NCBI GenBank assembly: GCA_947857085.1
Contig: CANUDF010000001.1
Span: 3,841-67,840 of the forward strand
Origin: Candidatus Gastranaerophilales bacterium
GTDB lineage: Bacteria; Cyanobacteriota; Vampirovibrionia; Gastranaerophilales; Gastranaerophilaceae
Reading direction: 5' to 3'
DNA: 64,000 nt
Shown: one piece after another, positions 1-10,433 of the stretch
Position numbering within the stretch: the stretch's first letter is position 1
How the letters are laid out: each line of letters begins with the position of its first letter
Program-made: the position numbers and the translations under genes
The notes under the pieces: generated by a model
The model's database searches: none
What the model was told of the DNA's origin: nothing
The model's input: the letters and a program-made list of their open reading frames with translations, nothing else

Positions 1-1
1 T

Positions 2-610
2 CCGACTTTAATTTCCAACTATCAAAAAAAGCAATTGAAATCGCAGCTTATGAAAACTTATTCCGTTTTAAAACAGGCTATTGACATGGAGTATGCACAA
101 AACGGCGTTGCTCTCGGATACAGTTATAATATTCAGCCGGAAAATAAGCTCAAGGATGCTCTAATGAGAAATTTAAAAGTTGCTAAAGACTGCAATAATC
201 ATGACTGTCTGCATTATACACAAGTGTCTGGCAATCCCTATAAAATAGAGCAATATAAAATTTTTAGTAAAAAAAAGAATATAGAAACAAGTTATTTTGA
301 TGACGGGCAGTTTATTTTACAAGATGGCACGCTTATTATGCTCGAAAGAGATTACTTAAATAATCCAGACTTTATACTTATCTCCGCTGACATAAATGGC
401 TTGGAAAAAGGGCCAAACGTGTGGGGACAGGATTTGTTTACTTTTGAATTAACCGACAAAGGACTTTTGCCGAGCGGTGCAGAAGGAACACATTTCGAAC
501 TGGAGAAAAATCCTGACTTATGCAGTGATACATCATCTAATGTTAAAAATGGAATTGCTTGTACTGAACGTGCATTGTATGATAAAGACTTTTGGGACAA
601 TTTGCCGTAA
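2..610 (+). CDS. Prepilin-type (type IV pilin/pseudopilin-like) protein, 5' end cut by window edge
   Basis: The frame of ORF 35..610 stays open back to nt 2 and reads PTLISNYQKK. This matches the end of the N-terminal prepilin helix seen intact in 53574..54326 (TIPTLISN). The C-terminal DINGLEKGPNVWGQDLFTF block resembles the xDxNG blocks of the other pilin-like ORFs here. Confidence 0.6.
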   Translation, partial: PTLISNYQKKQLKSQLMKTYSVLKQAIDMEYAQNGVALGYSYNIQPENKLKDALMRNLKVAKDCNNHDCLHYTQVSGNPYKIEQYKIFSKKKNIETSYFDDGQFILQDGTLIMLERDYLNNPDFILISADINGLEKGPNVWGQDLFTFELTDKGLLPSGAEGTHFELEKNPDLCSDTSSNVKNGIACTERALYDKDFWDNLP

Positions 611-668
611 CTCTTGACAAAGTATTAAAAATAATATTTAATAAAATGAGAAACGGAGGATTAATATT

Positions 669-1846
669 ATGAAAAAGACTTCTACAAAAGCGGTTCAGAT
701 AGTTACCCCCCCCCGAATTCCCCTCCGGACGCGGTTTTTACAAGATTTAACAAATTAAAAGAAAGCATTTATAATTCTAACGTTATAAATTACAAATCAG
801 GATTTACTTTATCTGAAATTCTTGTAACAATAACAATTATTGGTATTGTTGCAGTAATGGTAATTCCAACTTTGGTAAAGGAATACCAGCAAAAAGCCTG
901 GGATGAAAGTTCACGAGTATTTGAAATAAAACTTGGACAAGCTCTTCAAGTAATGAATACAGAACAAACACTCGCAGGTTATACAAAGACTGAAGATTTT
1001 GTGAATGAACTAAACAAGCATTTTAAAATAACAAAAATATGTCATGCTGATGACTTAAGAGAGTGTTTTGAAGATACAGTATTTTGGGGCGGAGGCGAGG
1101 TTGAACCCGCGGAGGTTGATATGACCTCAATAAAAACATCTAAAAATTTCGGACTTGAAGATTGGGATACAGAAGTTATAGGGGTTCAGTTTTCAAATGG
1201 AACAAATGGAGTTATTGCGTATAATCCGGAGTGCATCCAGAACCCTTACAGCAATCAAATAATAAATATATCTAAAGAAGGGAAGTTAGGTACTAGCTGC
1301 ATTGCATTATTATATGATACTACTGCATATAAAATGCCGAACGAAAGTGGAAAAGACCTGAGAAGCATTAACATTTTAAAACTTTCTAAAACTTGCTCTT
1401 TTGAATTAAACGGCAAATGTTACAGCCAGGCTTTTTTGCCCTCTCCTATGAGCAAAGCTGAATGCGAAAGAGAAAAAGATAGACTAGGTATCAAAGAATG
1501 CAATGATAATGATGATGTTTGGGCTGGAGCAGTCAAAAAATGCGGCGGGGTTAATAAAATGCCTACAATGGCAGAAATAAATGATTTAGCTAAGTATCTT
1601 TATAACACGAATAATATTAGCGAAGACTTTAGTGTAATAGATAAAAATCTAAAATTAGATACCGAAAAAGCTGCGGAATTAGGTTTTTCTCTAGATTCAA
1701 GCAGTTTTAATAATTATTTTGCAGTTTGGTCCGGAGAAGAATTAAATGATGAAACCACAACTGGCAGGGCATTTACTGACACTCAGACAAATGCAGCATA
1801 TGGATACAGGGGCCAAGCAAGCTGGCAGGCAATATGTATGGAGTAA
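669..1846 (+). CDS. Prepilin-type N-terminal cleavage/methylation domain protein, frame interrupted at a C9 tract (uninterrupted body 857..1846)
   Basis: GGAGG (655..659) lies 9 nt before ATG 669. The frame of 857..1846 is open back to 665 and encodes KSG/FTLSEILVTITIIGIVAVMVIPTL (G-1, E+5), but it has no start codon of its own. The ATG 669 frame joins it only if C9 were C10. Confidence 0.6.
706..714 (+). repeat. Poly-C homopolymer (9 C) inside the 5' leader of a pilin-like gene
   Basis: Counted directly: ttaCCCCCCCCCgaattc. Such a tract is unexpected in AT-rich DNA. Confidence 0.9.
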
Positions 1847-2013
1847 AACAACAACAGCAATGTGATTTCTACGTCAGGCTTTGCAATACTCGCAATGACA
1901 TTTAGTTCTGACGGTAATTGTTTCCGCGACAATAGCGGAGCTGAAGGCGGGAGCGTCGTCGAGGAAATAATTACCGTCAGAACTCCGCGAAACTTTTGTC
2001 CTGCCTCAGGCAG

Positions 2014-2772
2014 TTATACTTCCTGCAACACACCGGTGGTGTTAAATTTTCTCGAAGAATGACCGTTTATATATTCTTTTAAAAGCTCAAAACAAACTGT
2101 ACAGACTTTTTCGGTTGCTTTTTGTTCATATTCTGATTTGTAATCAAAATCAAATTGAACAAGCGCATTCAAAAAGTCTCTTATTTTATAATGCATCATT
2201 GTTTTCAAATGCAGTGTTTCATTGCATTTTTCACAGACAACTCCACCCATACGTGATGAAAAATACATGTTTTCATCACCAATCGGTTCGCGGCAGCAAA
2301 GACAGCTTTCCAACTCAATACCAAAGCCTGAAATCTGCATTATTTTTAGTTGAAACTTTATAACTGCAATAAGAATCTCTTCTTTTGTTTCCGCATCGGA
2401 AATCTTGTCCAACGCCTTATATAAAAGCTCGTAAATCTCTTTTGAACACGGGTCATCCTCAACGCCAAAGTTACTTACAACCTCTGAAATATACATGGAA
2501 TAAAAAATTTTATCCATATCACGGCGGGTTTTATTAAAAGTATTCAAAACATCTGCCTGACAAATACGGTCTAAATTTCTCCCCTTATAAAGCATAAGTT
2601 TGTTTGCAACAAGCAAATCCATGCGCGCTCCGAGCTTACTTTTAGGCTTTTTTACACCTTTTGCAACACATTTTATAAGCCCTTTATCTTTGGAATACAT
2701 AACAATAATCTTATCAGCTTCAGATAAGTTATATGATTTAAGATTTATAGCATCAGTTACAAAATTATTCAT
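2014..2772 (-). CDS. recO: DNA repair protein RecO
   Basis: 252 aa. The N-terminal OB-fold-like segment (AINLKSYNLSEADKIIVMYSKDKGLIKCVAKGVKKPKSKLG) and the C-terminal Cys cluster (CLCC..C..C) are typical of RecO. Confidence 0.8.
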   Translation of the reverse strand: MNNFVTDAINLKSYNLSEADKIIVMYSKDKGLIKCVAKGVKKPKSKLGARMDLLVANKLMLYKGRNLDRICQADVLNTFNKTRRDMDKIFYSMYISEVVSNFGVEDDPCSKEIYELLYKALDKISDAETKEEILIAVIKFQLKIMQISGFGIELESCLCCREPIGDENMYFSSRMGGVVCEKCNETLHLKTMMHYKIRDFLNALVQFDFDYKSEYEQKATEKVCTVCFELLKEYINGHSSRKFNTTGVLQEV

Positions 2773-3869
2773 TATTTATCCATGCCTGTACCATAGAATA
2801 CGCCGCGAATCATCTGTTTTAACTCGTTTTTGTTACTTGAAGCAAGCAATGCCGCATCTTCTGTAATGTCCCCACGCTGCAACATGCTGTATAAGGACAT
2901 ATTCAAAGTCAACATATTGTTGAAAGACCCCTTTTTAACTAAATCGTAAATTTGTTCCATTTCATTTTTTTCAATAAAATCTTTTATGGTTGAAGTAACC
3001 ACAAGAATTTCACAAGCAGGACGTCTTCCATTACCGCTTGCAAGCGGAACAAGTTTTTGAGAAACTGTCCCCCTTAAAATTTCTGCAAGCTGATTTCTCA
3101 CAAAAGGCCTATCAGCAGGCGTGTACATATTAATAATCCTATTTACAGTCTGAATTGCATTATTTGTATGAATGGTTGCAAAAACAAGGTGACCCGTCTC
3201 AGCAGCCTTTAATGCATTACTTATTGTATCCCTGTCTCTGATTTCACCAATAAAGATTACATCAGGATCCTGTCTCAAAGCATATTTTATACCATCAGAA
3301 TAAGAGGGAGTATCTACTAATAATTGTCGCTGCGATATAATGGATTTTTTATTATTAAAAATAAATTCAACCGGATCTTCAATTGTAATAATATGTTTTT
3401 GATAATTTGAATTAATATGGTCAAGTATAGAAGCCATTGTAGTTGACTTACCTGACCCGGTAGGTCCTGTTACCAGCACCAGTCCGTTATCCATCTCAGT
3501 AAATTGATTTATTGCATCAGGAAGATACAACTCCGGAAGCTTTTTAATAGCATAAGGAATAGTTCTTATAACAACTGCATATTTTGCAAGCTGCCTTGAC
3601 ACATTTACCCTGAACCTGGCAATACCTTTTATTTCATATGCAAAATCAACATCAAGCATTGACGAAATATTATCTTTTAAATGCAAAGGAGCTAATTCCA
3701 TACAGGCATTGAACACATCATTATCTGTAAGCGGAGGCATGTCGATTTTAATTATCCTGCCGTCACGTCTTACTGATGGATGTTCTCCGACATGAATATG
3801 TACATCAGAAGCCCCTATAGATACAGCCTGTTTCAAAAAGTCAACAATATTGAAAATCTTTTCTCCCAT
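2772..3869 (-). CDS. pilT: Type IV pilus twitching-motility ATPase PilT
   Basis: 365 aa. It has Walker A GPTGSGKSTT, the IITIEDPVEF motif, and GHLVFATIHTN (PilT/GspE family signatures). Confidence 0.85.
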   Translation of the reverse strand: MGEKIFNIVDFLKQAVSIGASDVHIHVGEHPSVRRDGRIIKIDMPPLTDNDVFNACMELAPLHLKDNISSMLDVDFAYEIKGIARFRVNVSRQLAKYAVVIRTIPYAIKKLPELYLPDAINQFTEMDNGLVLVTGPTGSGKSTTMASILDHINSNYQKHIITIEDPVEFIFNNKKSIISQRQLLVDTPSYSDGIKYALRQDPDVIFIGEIRDRDTISNALKAAETGHLVFATIHTNNAIQTVNRIINMYTPADRPFVRNQLAEILRGTVSQKLVPLASGNGRRPACEILVVTSTIKDFIEKNEMEQIYDLVKKGSFNNMLTLNMSLYSMLQRGDITEDAALLASSNKNELKQMIRGVFYGTGMDK

Positions 3870-4163
3870 ATACTATCCCCTCTTAAGAGAAATTATAGCA
3901 CTGTTTTGAGCAAATGACAATATTTTATAGATTGTAAAGCAAGATAAAAGCAGTTATTAAAATAATGTTACGATTTTGTTACATAGTAAAAAATAAAAAG
4001 CAATTTTGTATAAGCAAATTTGTTTATTAATATGTAAGGGAAATTTCAAAAATTAATAATTGGATATTAAACAATGTCAAAATTCAGGTTCCTGAGATTA
4101 TAGGAACAGAAGAAAGAAAAGTTTTTTATACTCTCTCTCTTAATATCCTCGTGTTTATTTAAT

Positions 4164-4189
4164 GTTGCCTCAATAGGCAACTTTTTTTT
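4164..4189 (+). terminator. Hairpin plus T8 (rho-independent terminator-like), plus-strand orientation
   Basis: gttgcc-tcaata-ggcaac is followed by tttttttt. It lies just outside the trxB stop, and an A-run precedes it only weakly on the other strand. Confidence 0.45.
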
Positions 4190-4194
4190 GCGTT

Positions 4195-5133
4195 TTATAC
4201 CGTAACTTCTTTGAGCGTTTCCAGATATTTAACAGCATATACTGCTCCAACGGCACCATCAGCAGCAGCTGTTATAACCTGCCTTAACGGAGTATTTCTT
4301 ACATCACCGACTGCAAAAACACCGTCAACAGAAGTTTTCATAGTTTCATCAGTTATAATAAAGCCGCCCTTATCCTGTTCAAGCTGACCATTTATAAAAT
4401 CAATATTAGGAACCATTCCTATATACGGGAAAACGCCGTTAACTGAAAGATTTGATAATTCCTTGGATTTTACATTTTCTATAACAACTGTATTAACCAA
4501 ATTTTCGCCTTTGATTTCCTTAACGATACTATCCCATACAAATTCTATCTTTTCATTTTTAAATGCACGTTCCTGAACAATTTTATCAGCCCTAAGAGCA
4601 TCACGCCTATGGATTAAATACACTTTATCTGCAAATTTTGTAAGATACATTGCTTCTTCGACCGCTGCATTACCGCCGCCAACAACAGCAACAGTTTTAC
4701 CTTTATAAAATGCGCCGTCGCAAACCGCACAATAACTTACCCCCCTGCCGACAAATTCTTTTTCCCCGGGTACACCTAGTTTCATTGGCTGAGCACCAGT
4801 TGCAATAATAACCGTTTTTGCTCTGAATTCAGCTTCTTTAGTCAAAACTATCTTAGGATTAGATATTAAATCAATTTTTTCAATCTCCTGCATCGGAAAT
4901 TTATTCACTGAAAATTTATCAGCATGTTCTTCAAATTTCTCCATCAGGTCAAATCCGCCTATCATTGAAAATCCCGGATAATTTTCCAATTCTAAATAAT
5001 TTGATGGCTGACCGCCCATCATATTGGTATCAATTATTGCTGTAGAAACAGCACCGCGTGCAGCATATATACCTGCAGAGAAACCGGCAGGACCGCCGCC
5101 TAGAATTATTGTATCAAAATCATATACCTGCAT
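4195..5133 (-). CDS. trxB: Thioredoxin-disulfide reductase
   Basis: 312 aa. It has the FAD motif GGGPAGFSAGIYAARG, the redox-active CAVCDG, and the NADPH motif GGGNAAVEEA. Confidence 0.9.
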   Translation of the reverse strand: MQVYDFDTIILGGGPAGFSAGIYAARGAVSTAIIDTNMMGGQPSNYLELENYPGFSMIGGFDLMEKFEEHADKFSVNKFPMQEIEKIDLISNPKIVLTKEAEFRAKTVIIATGAQPMKLGVPGEKEFVGRGVSYCAVCDGAFYKGKTVAVVGGGNAAVEEAMYLTKFADKVYLIHRRDALRADKIVQERAFKNEKIEFVWDSIVKEIKGENLVNTVVIENVKSKELSNLSVNGVFPYIGMVPNIDFINGQLEQDKGGFIITDETMKTSVDGVFAVGDVRNTPLRQVITAAADGAVGAVYAVKYLETLKEVTV

Positions 5134-5142
5134 CTGTTACCC

Positions 5143-5664
5143 TCATTTTCCTAATATACTCGTACCTGCTATCTTTTCACCTTTTAAAGTATAAACAGCT
5201 TTTGCTGTCTTTATAACAGAATTATCAATATCGGAAAGAGTTTCAAGAACTAAAGTATTTGTTCCTGTAAACCTTTCTGTATCTATATTTAATTCAACCT
5301 TATCAGTCAATATTCTTCCGTCGTAATTGCCTTTTCTTATGAACCTGATTGCATCATCTCCTGCATAACTCAAAGTTATTGAAGCTGAAGCCCCTGAAAA
5401 TGGGTTGCTTAAATTTATGACGTCACCTTGTTTTGATAAGTTCCATATATCAACATTTTCTTTTTTAAAATCATTAGGACTATTTGTCTCAATAAGCGAA
5501 GACTCTACACGCCACGTTCCAAAGAATGTTTCCGGAACTTTTTCAATTAACGATACACCTGCTTTTAACACATTATCATTATAAACTTCGTTTCCTTTTA
5601 CATTAATAGAAGATATAATTACTAATAAAGATAATATAAAAAGTTTTAAAATTTTTTTAAGCAT
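5143..5664 (-). CDS. Hypothetical secreted protein
   Basis: It has an N-terminal signal-peptide-like segment (MLKKILKLFILSLLVIISSINVKG). It is packed tightly between pgi and trxB. Confidence 0.5.
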   Translation of the reverse strand: MLKKILKLFILSLLVIISSINVKGNEVYNDNVLKAGVSLIEKVPETFFGTWRVESSLIETNSPNDFKKENVDIWNLSKQGDVINLSNPFSGASASITLSYAGDDAIRFIRKGNYDGRILTDKVELNIDTERFTGTNTLVLETLSDIDNSVIKTAKAVYTLKGEKIAGTSILGK

Positions 5665-5678
5665 TTTATATTCCTGTG

Positions 5679-7067
5679 TTAACCAGCCGCCATTTTTTCA
5701 CGCAGTATATGAGCCGATTCTTCATAACCAAATCTTCCCATTAATGCATAAGTATAATTTTTTGCCTGTTCAACACCGGGCTGATCAAAAGCATTAATAT
5801 TATATAAAGCACCGGCAATTGCTGTTTGTACTTCAAACATATACAAAAGCTGGGCAAGGTAATAAGCATTTATTTTAGGAAGAGTAATAGTAACAGTAGG
5901 TCTGTTATAATCCGATAATGAAACTCGCGTTGAATCTGCTTCTGCATTAAGTAAATCATTAACCGATTTTCCGCCTAAATAACCGATTCCCGTATATTCA
6001 AAAATCTTCGGGATTTCAAGTTTATTGTCAAATTCACTAACTCTTATGAAATTTATAATTTTATCATTAGGCCCCTCATTATAAAGCTGTATTTGTGAAT
6101 GCTGGTCAGTTGCCCCGAGAGCTTTAACAGGTGTAGGACCTACATTCACTGTTTGCCCGTTTAAATCTTTTTCTTTTCCTAAAGATTCTGCCCATAACTG
6201 GGAATACCAGTCCGCTACATACCTTAAACGCGTAGAATATGGCATCATAACGGAAATATTTTTGCCTTTTTCAGTATCAAGCAGGTAATGTATCAAAGCA
6301 TTTTGTGCTGCAATATTTTCGTTAATATCAGTATTTTTCAGTGCCAAATCCATATCTTTGACACCTCGCACAACTTCATCTATATCAATTCCGACAAGTG
6401 CAAAAGGTAACAGCCCCACAGCTGAAAATACAGAAAATCTGCCGCCCACATCATCTGGAACGACAAAAGTCTTATAACCTTCCTGTTCAGCAATCTGCCT
6501 CAATACCCCGATATTTTTGTCAGTAGTTGCAACAATATTTTTTCTGTAATCATCTCCTAATTCCTGCTCAAGCTTATCTTTAATAATCATAAACTGCGCC
6601 ATTATTTCTGCAGTTGAGCCGGATTTGGTAATGACATTAACAAGAGTTTTTTTCAAATCCAAAATATTTAAAAGACCGAACATTGTATCAGGATCAATAT
6701 TATCAAGAAAGAATATTCGTGGAAAATTATTTCTTTGTTCTTCGGTCAAAAAATTCCAATAAGGTTTTAAAAGCGCCTCTGTTACAGCTAAACCGCCAAG
6801 AGCAGAACCGCCTATACCAAGAACAAGGATATTTTCAAATCTGTTTTCAACAAGAGCGGCATATTCCTTAACATACCATACGGTTTCTTCACTATAGCCT
6901 AAATTCATCCACTGAAGTCCCTGTCCGCGTTTGTCTTTATTATTATTCAAATCTGTAATAATTTGTGCAATTTTGTCTTTGTATTCGGCAAATTTCTGTT
7001 GAATATGTAAACCGTTATCCTCGCCAACAACATTGCAGTCAGCATATTTATAATTCAGACTAATCAT
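5679..7067 (-). CDS. pgi: Glucose-6-phosphate isomerase
   Basis: 462 aa. It has the motifs LGIGGSALG, GGRFSVFSAVGLLP and WAESLGK, typical of PGI. Confidence 0.85.
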   Translation of the reverse strand: MISLNYKYADCNVVGEDNGLHIQQKFAEYKDKIAQIITDLNNNKDKRGQGLQWMNLGYSEETVWYVKEYAALVENRFENILVLGIGGSALGGLAVTEALLKPYWNFLTEEQRNNFPRIFFLDNIDPDTMFGLLNILDLKKTLVNVITKSGSTAEIMAQFMIIKDKLEQELGDDYRKNIVATTDKNIGVLRQIAEQEGYKTFVVPDDVGGRFSVFSAVGLLPFALVGIDIDEVVRGVKDMDLALKNTDINENIAAQNALIHYLLDTEKGKNISVMMPYSTRLRYVADWYSQLWAESLGKEKDLNGQTVNVGPTPVKALGATDQHSQIQLYNEGPNDKIINFIRVSEFDNKLEIPKIFEYTGIGYLGGKSVNDLLNAEADSTRVSLSDYNRPTVTITLPKINAYYLAQLLYMFEVQTAIAGALYNINAFDQPGVEQAKNYTYALMGRFGYEESAHILREKMAAG

Positions 7068-7260
7068 ATACCCTCAAAGTACTACTTGTATACACTATAT
7101 ATTAATTTTACGTACTCAAACCAAAATTGCAAGCAATAATAGAATTATAGTGCATGAATATAAAAGTATCTTTCCCCATTACATTAGGACCAGAAGCTCC
7201 ATTAAAATCTATTAATACAGCGTTACCCGATGAATAAGAAGTTACAATTAAAATTATATA

Positions 7261-8826
7261 CTATTTTTCAATTTTTTCAAGTTTTGCAATCTTAGATACT
7301 CTGGACTGTTTAACATTTTCTTCCAATCTTTTTTGTTTATACCCGTAACCTACATATATTAGAACGCCCATCAAAAGCCACAGCGGGAAATACAAAGATG
7401 ATGTAGTCAAATACTTCATTGAATAAACCATAAGCCCGCCGCAGGTTAATATACCCAGTATAGGGAATAATGGCGAAAAAGGCACTCTGAAAGGTCTTGG
7501 TCTGTCCGGATCTGTTTTCCTGAGAATTAAAACAGCTATACAGATAACAATAAAAGAAGTGAATGTTCCAAAATTACATAATTCAGCCGAAATACTCAAA
7601 TCCATAAACAAAGCACAAATCATAACAACAATACCTGAAATCCAGGTCAATACATGCGGAGTTCTATATTTTTTATGAATTAATCTTAAAGATTTTGGCA
7701 AAAATCTGTCTCTGCTCATGGCATACAGAATTCTTGTTGTTCCGAGCTGATAAATCAAAATAACCGAAGTTAATGCACATAATGCACCAATTGAAAGCAA
7801 ACCTGCAAACCAGTCTTTTCCAATCATTCTCATTGCATGCGCTATAGGAGCCTGAGTATCAATATGATGCAGCGGAACAGTTCCCGTTAAAACAAGGGCA
7901 ACTAAAACATATAATATTGTACAAATAATTAATGTTCCTAAAATTGCAATCGGCAAGTCTCTCTGCGGATTTTCAGTTTCCTCGGCCGTTGTAGAAATAG
8001 CGTCAAATCCGATATACGCAAAAAATATTATAAATGCTCCCATAAAGATTCCCTCAAATCCGTTAGGCGCAAAAGGTGTCCAATTTTCAGGCTTAACATA
8101 AAAAGCCCCGACCAGAATAAAAGACACAATCATAAACATGTTTACCCCGACCATAATACTTGCAAATCTGGTAGATTCTTTAACACCTTTAACCAGAATC
8201 ATGGTCAAAATAAGCACAATAAAAATAGCCGGAAGATTTATAGCAACCGGAATTTTATCAAAAATAAAAGGCATTTGTGTATGCGGATCAAGACCAAATT
8301 TATCACAATATGCAAACATATACCTGTAGTCATTTCTCAGCCACATAGGAAAATTTGTCACAAAAGCAGGCAGAATATGCTTAAACCCTTTTAAAAACTG
8401 TGCAAAATATCCGGTCCAGGCGCTTGCTACAGTAATATTTCCAATGGCATATTCCAGCATCAAAATCCAGCCGACCATCCATGCCATAAATTCGCCCATC
8501 GTGGCATATGTATATGTATACGCACTGCCGGCAACAGGAATCATTGCCGCAATTTCAGAATAACACAGAGCAGAGAACACACACACTATAACAGCTAGAA
8601 CCATTGACACAATAATTGCAGGTCCGGCCCCTACACCTTCAGGTCCCCCCTGAATAGCACTGCCTATAATTGTAAATATGCCTGTTCCGACAACCGCTCC
8701 AATACCTATTACAATAAGATCAAAAACATTTAAAGTTTTTTTCAATTCAGATTTCTTGCTTATAGCAATAAGTTCATCCGGACTTTTCTTTGTAAGTAAA
8801 TTTGATAAAATTGAGTTAAATGTCAT
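7261..8826 (-). CDS. APC-superfamily amino acid permease (paralog 2)
   Basis: 521 aa and polytopic. It has the GIGAVVGTGIF, SEIAAMIPVAGSAYTY and FFAYIGFDAISTTAEE blocks. It is colinear with the upstream paralog. Confidence 0.8.
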   Translation of the reverse strand: MTFNSILSNLLTKKSPDELIAISKKSELKKTLNVFDLIVIGIGAVVGTGIFTIIGSAIQGGPEGVGAGPAIIVSMVLAVIVCVFSALCYSEIAAMIPVAGSAYTYTYATMGEFMAWMVGWILMLEYAIGNITVASAWTGYFAQFLKGFKHILPAFVTNFPMWLRNDYRYMFAYCDKFGLDPHTQMPFIFDKIPVAINLPAIFIVLILTMILVKGVKESTRFASIMVGVNMFMIVSFILVGAFYVKPENWTPFAPNGFEGIFMGAFIIFFAYIGFDAISTTAEETENPQRDLPIAILGTLIICTILYVLVALVLTGTVPLHHIDTQAPIAHAMRMIGKDWFAGLLSIGALCALTSVILIYQLGTTRILYAMSRDRFLPKSLRLIHKKYRTPHVLTWISGIVVMICALFMDLSISAELCNFGTFTSFIVICIAVLILRKTDPDRPRPFRVPFSPLFPILGILTCGGLMVYSMKYLTTSSLYFPLWLLMGVLIYVGYGYKQKRLEENVKQSRVSKIAKLEKIEK

Positions 8827-10419
8827 TTATTTATATAATTCCTGTTTTTTATTGTGAACTTTCTCATTATGAATTCTATTCTCATTCAGACGGTTTTTCA
8901 CAAATCCGTACAACAAGTATATTAAGGCGCCAATTCCGAGCCATACAGGGAACAAAAGAGCTGAGCCTGAGGGTTGCATTGATTTATATATCATTAACCC
9001 GCCGCAGGTAATTATACCCAGAGCAGGAGTTACTGGTGAGAACGGCACCTTAAACGGTCTTGGACGCTCAGGATCTGTTTTTCGTAAAATAAGAACAGCA
9101 ACACATACAATTATAAAAGATGTAAATGTACCATAGTTGCATAACTCTGCAGCTACATCCAAATTCAAAGTCAATATACCGACAACAGCGAGCAATCCTA
9201 CAGTCCATGTTAAAAGCGCCGGAGTTTTGAATTTAGGATGAAGTTTTTGAAACCTTTTTGAAATAAAGTGGTCACGGCTCATGGCATATAGAATTCTTGT
9301 TGCTGCCATTTCCAATACCAGTAATACTGAAGTCAAACCTGCTAGCGAGCCGATAGAAATCAAACCAGCTGCCCAATTTTGTTTTGCAAGCATCATACAA
9401 TATGCCATAGGAGCTTTCAAAAATTCAGCCGGGACAGGTCCTGATGTGTTTTGCATACCGGTTAATACAAGAGCAACCAGAACATAGACAACTGTTGTTA
9501 TCAATAATGAACCGATAATACCAATCGGCAAATCTTTTTGCGGATTTTTACATTCTTCTGCAGCAGTAGCAAGAGCATCAAATCCGATATATGCAAAGAA
9601 AATCAAAAATGCACCTGCAAATATTCCGGCGGCACCGTTTGGAGCAAACGGAGTCCAGTTTTCAGGTCTTACAAAAAATGCACCGGCGATAACAAACAAA
9701 GCAATAACTGCAAGCTTCACAAATACCATTATACCTGCCATTTTTGTTGAATCCTTTGTTCCTTTAACAAGAATAGCTGTAATTAATAATACAATTAATA
9801 TTGCCGGCAAATTAATACAAACCGGCACACCCCATAATGTAGGAACAAATACGTCCGGATTACCTGAAACGATTTTTGAAGCTGTAAACGGATCATTTAC
9901 AAGCCAAACCGGAGGATGTGCAAGCCAGTCAGGTAAAAATCGTTCAAAGCCGCTAAGAAACTGGACGAAATGATTTGACCACGCACACGCAACAGCAATA
10001 AATCCGATAGCGTACTCTAACATCAAAACCCAGCCGACCATCCATGCGGCAAATTCACCGAGTGTAGCAAATGTATACGTATAAGCCCCGCCGGCAACAG
10101 GAATCATTGTCGCGAATTCTGAATAGCACAGAGCTGAAAAAATACAAGCAATTGCCGCGATTACCATTGAAATCATTAATGCCGGTCCTGCACCTAACGC
10201 TGAACCGTCAACATTACCTGCTGCGGCAATACCAACAACAGCAAAAATACCTGAACCGATAATTGCTCCGACACCAAGAATAATTAAGTCCCAAACACCA
10301 AGGGATTTTTCCAAACCTTCTGCACTAGCATCAGCAAGCATTTCATCGGGATTTTTAATTCTTGTAATAGTTTTCAAAAAATTGCGTGTTAAAGTCGCGC
10401 GACTAAATTTTTCTGCCAT
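8827..10419 (-). CDS. APC-superfamily amino acid permease (paralog 1)
   Basis: 530 aa with the same conserved blocks as 7261..8826. Its stop directly abuts the start of the next gene. Confidence 0.8.
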   Translation of the reverse strand: MAEKFSRATLTRNFLKTITRIKNPDEMLADASAEGLEKSLGVWDLIILGVGAIIGSGIFAVVGIAAAGNVDGSALGAGPALMISMVIAAIACIFSALCYSEFATMIPVAGGAYTYTFATLGEFAAWMVGWVLMLEYAIGFIAVACAWSNHFVQFLSGFERFLPDWLAHPPVWLVNDPFTASKIVSGNPDVFVPTLWGVPVCINLPAILIVLLITAILVKGTKDSTKMAGIMVFVKLAVIALFVIAGAFFVRPENWTPFAPNGAAGIFAGAFLIFFAYIGFDALATAAEECKNPQKDLPIGIIGSLLITTVVYVLVALVLTGMQNTSGPVPAEFLKAPMAYCMMLAKQNWAAGLISIGSLAGLTSVLLVLEMAATRILYAMSRDHFISKRFQKLHPKFKTPALLTWTVGLLAVVGILTLNLDVAAELCNYGTFTSFIIVCVAVLILRKTDPERPRPFKVPFSPVTPALGIITCGGLMIYKSMQPSGSALLFPVWLGIGALIYLLYGFVKNRLNENRIHNEKVHNKKQELYK

Positions 10420-10433
10420 TCATATTCCTTATT

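Noticed and set aside
352-600. Numerous 60-130-aa ORFs in the track lie antisense to, or out of frame within, long well-supported genes (for example 352..600, 2115..2363, 6683..6871, 8138..8329, 9281..9750, 14614..15323, 44426..47163, 52088..52894, 54515..56570, 56829..57490).
   Set aside because: They sit entirely inside confidently assigned CDSs on the other strand or frame. They have low-complexity or hydrophobic composition typical of shadow ORFs in AT-rich DNA, and I saw no SD sequences or motifs.
1937-1949. The 13-mer ggagctgaaggcg is shared between the 1.9-kb palindromic spacer and the minus strand of the tRNA-Val insert (about 50512..50524).
   Set aside because: A single 13-nt match within a 64-kb window on both strands is within chance expectation, and the flanking sequence does not align.
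1862-2062. A 66-aa ORF lies in the spacer after the pilin-like gene.
   Set aside because: It coincides with the GC-rich palindromic region and overlaps the 3' end of recO. It has no SD and no recognisable motif, so structure explains the region better than coding.
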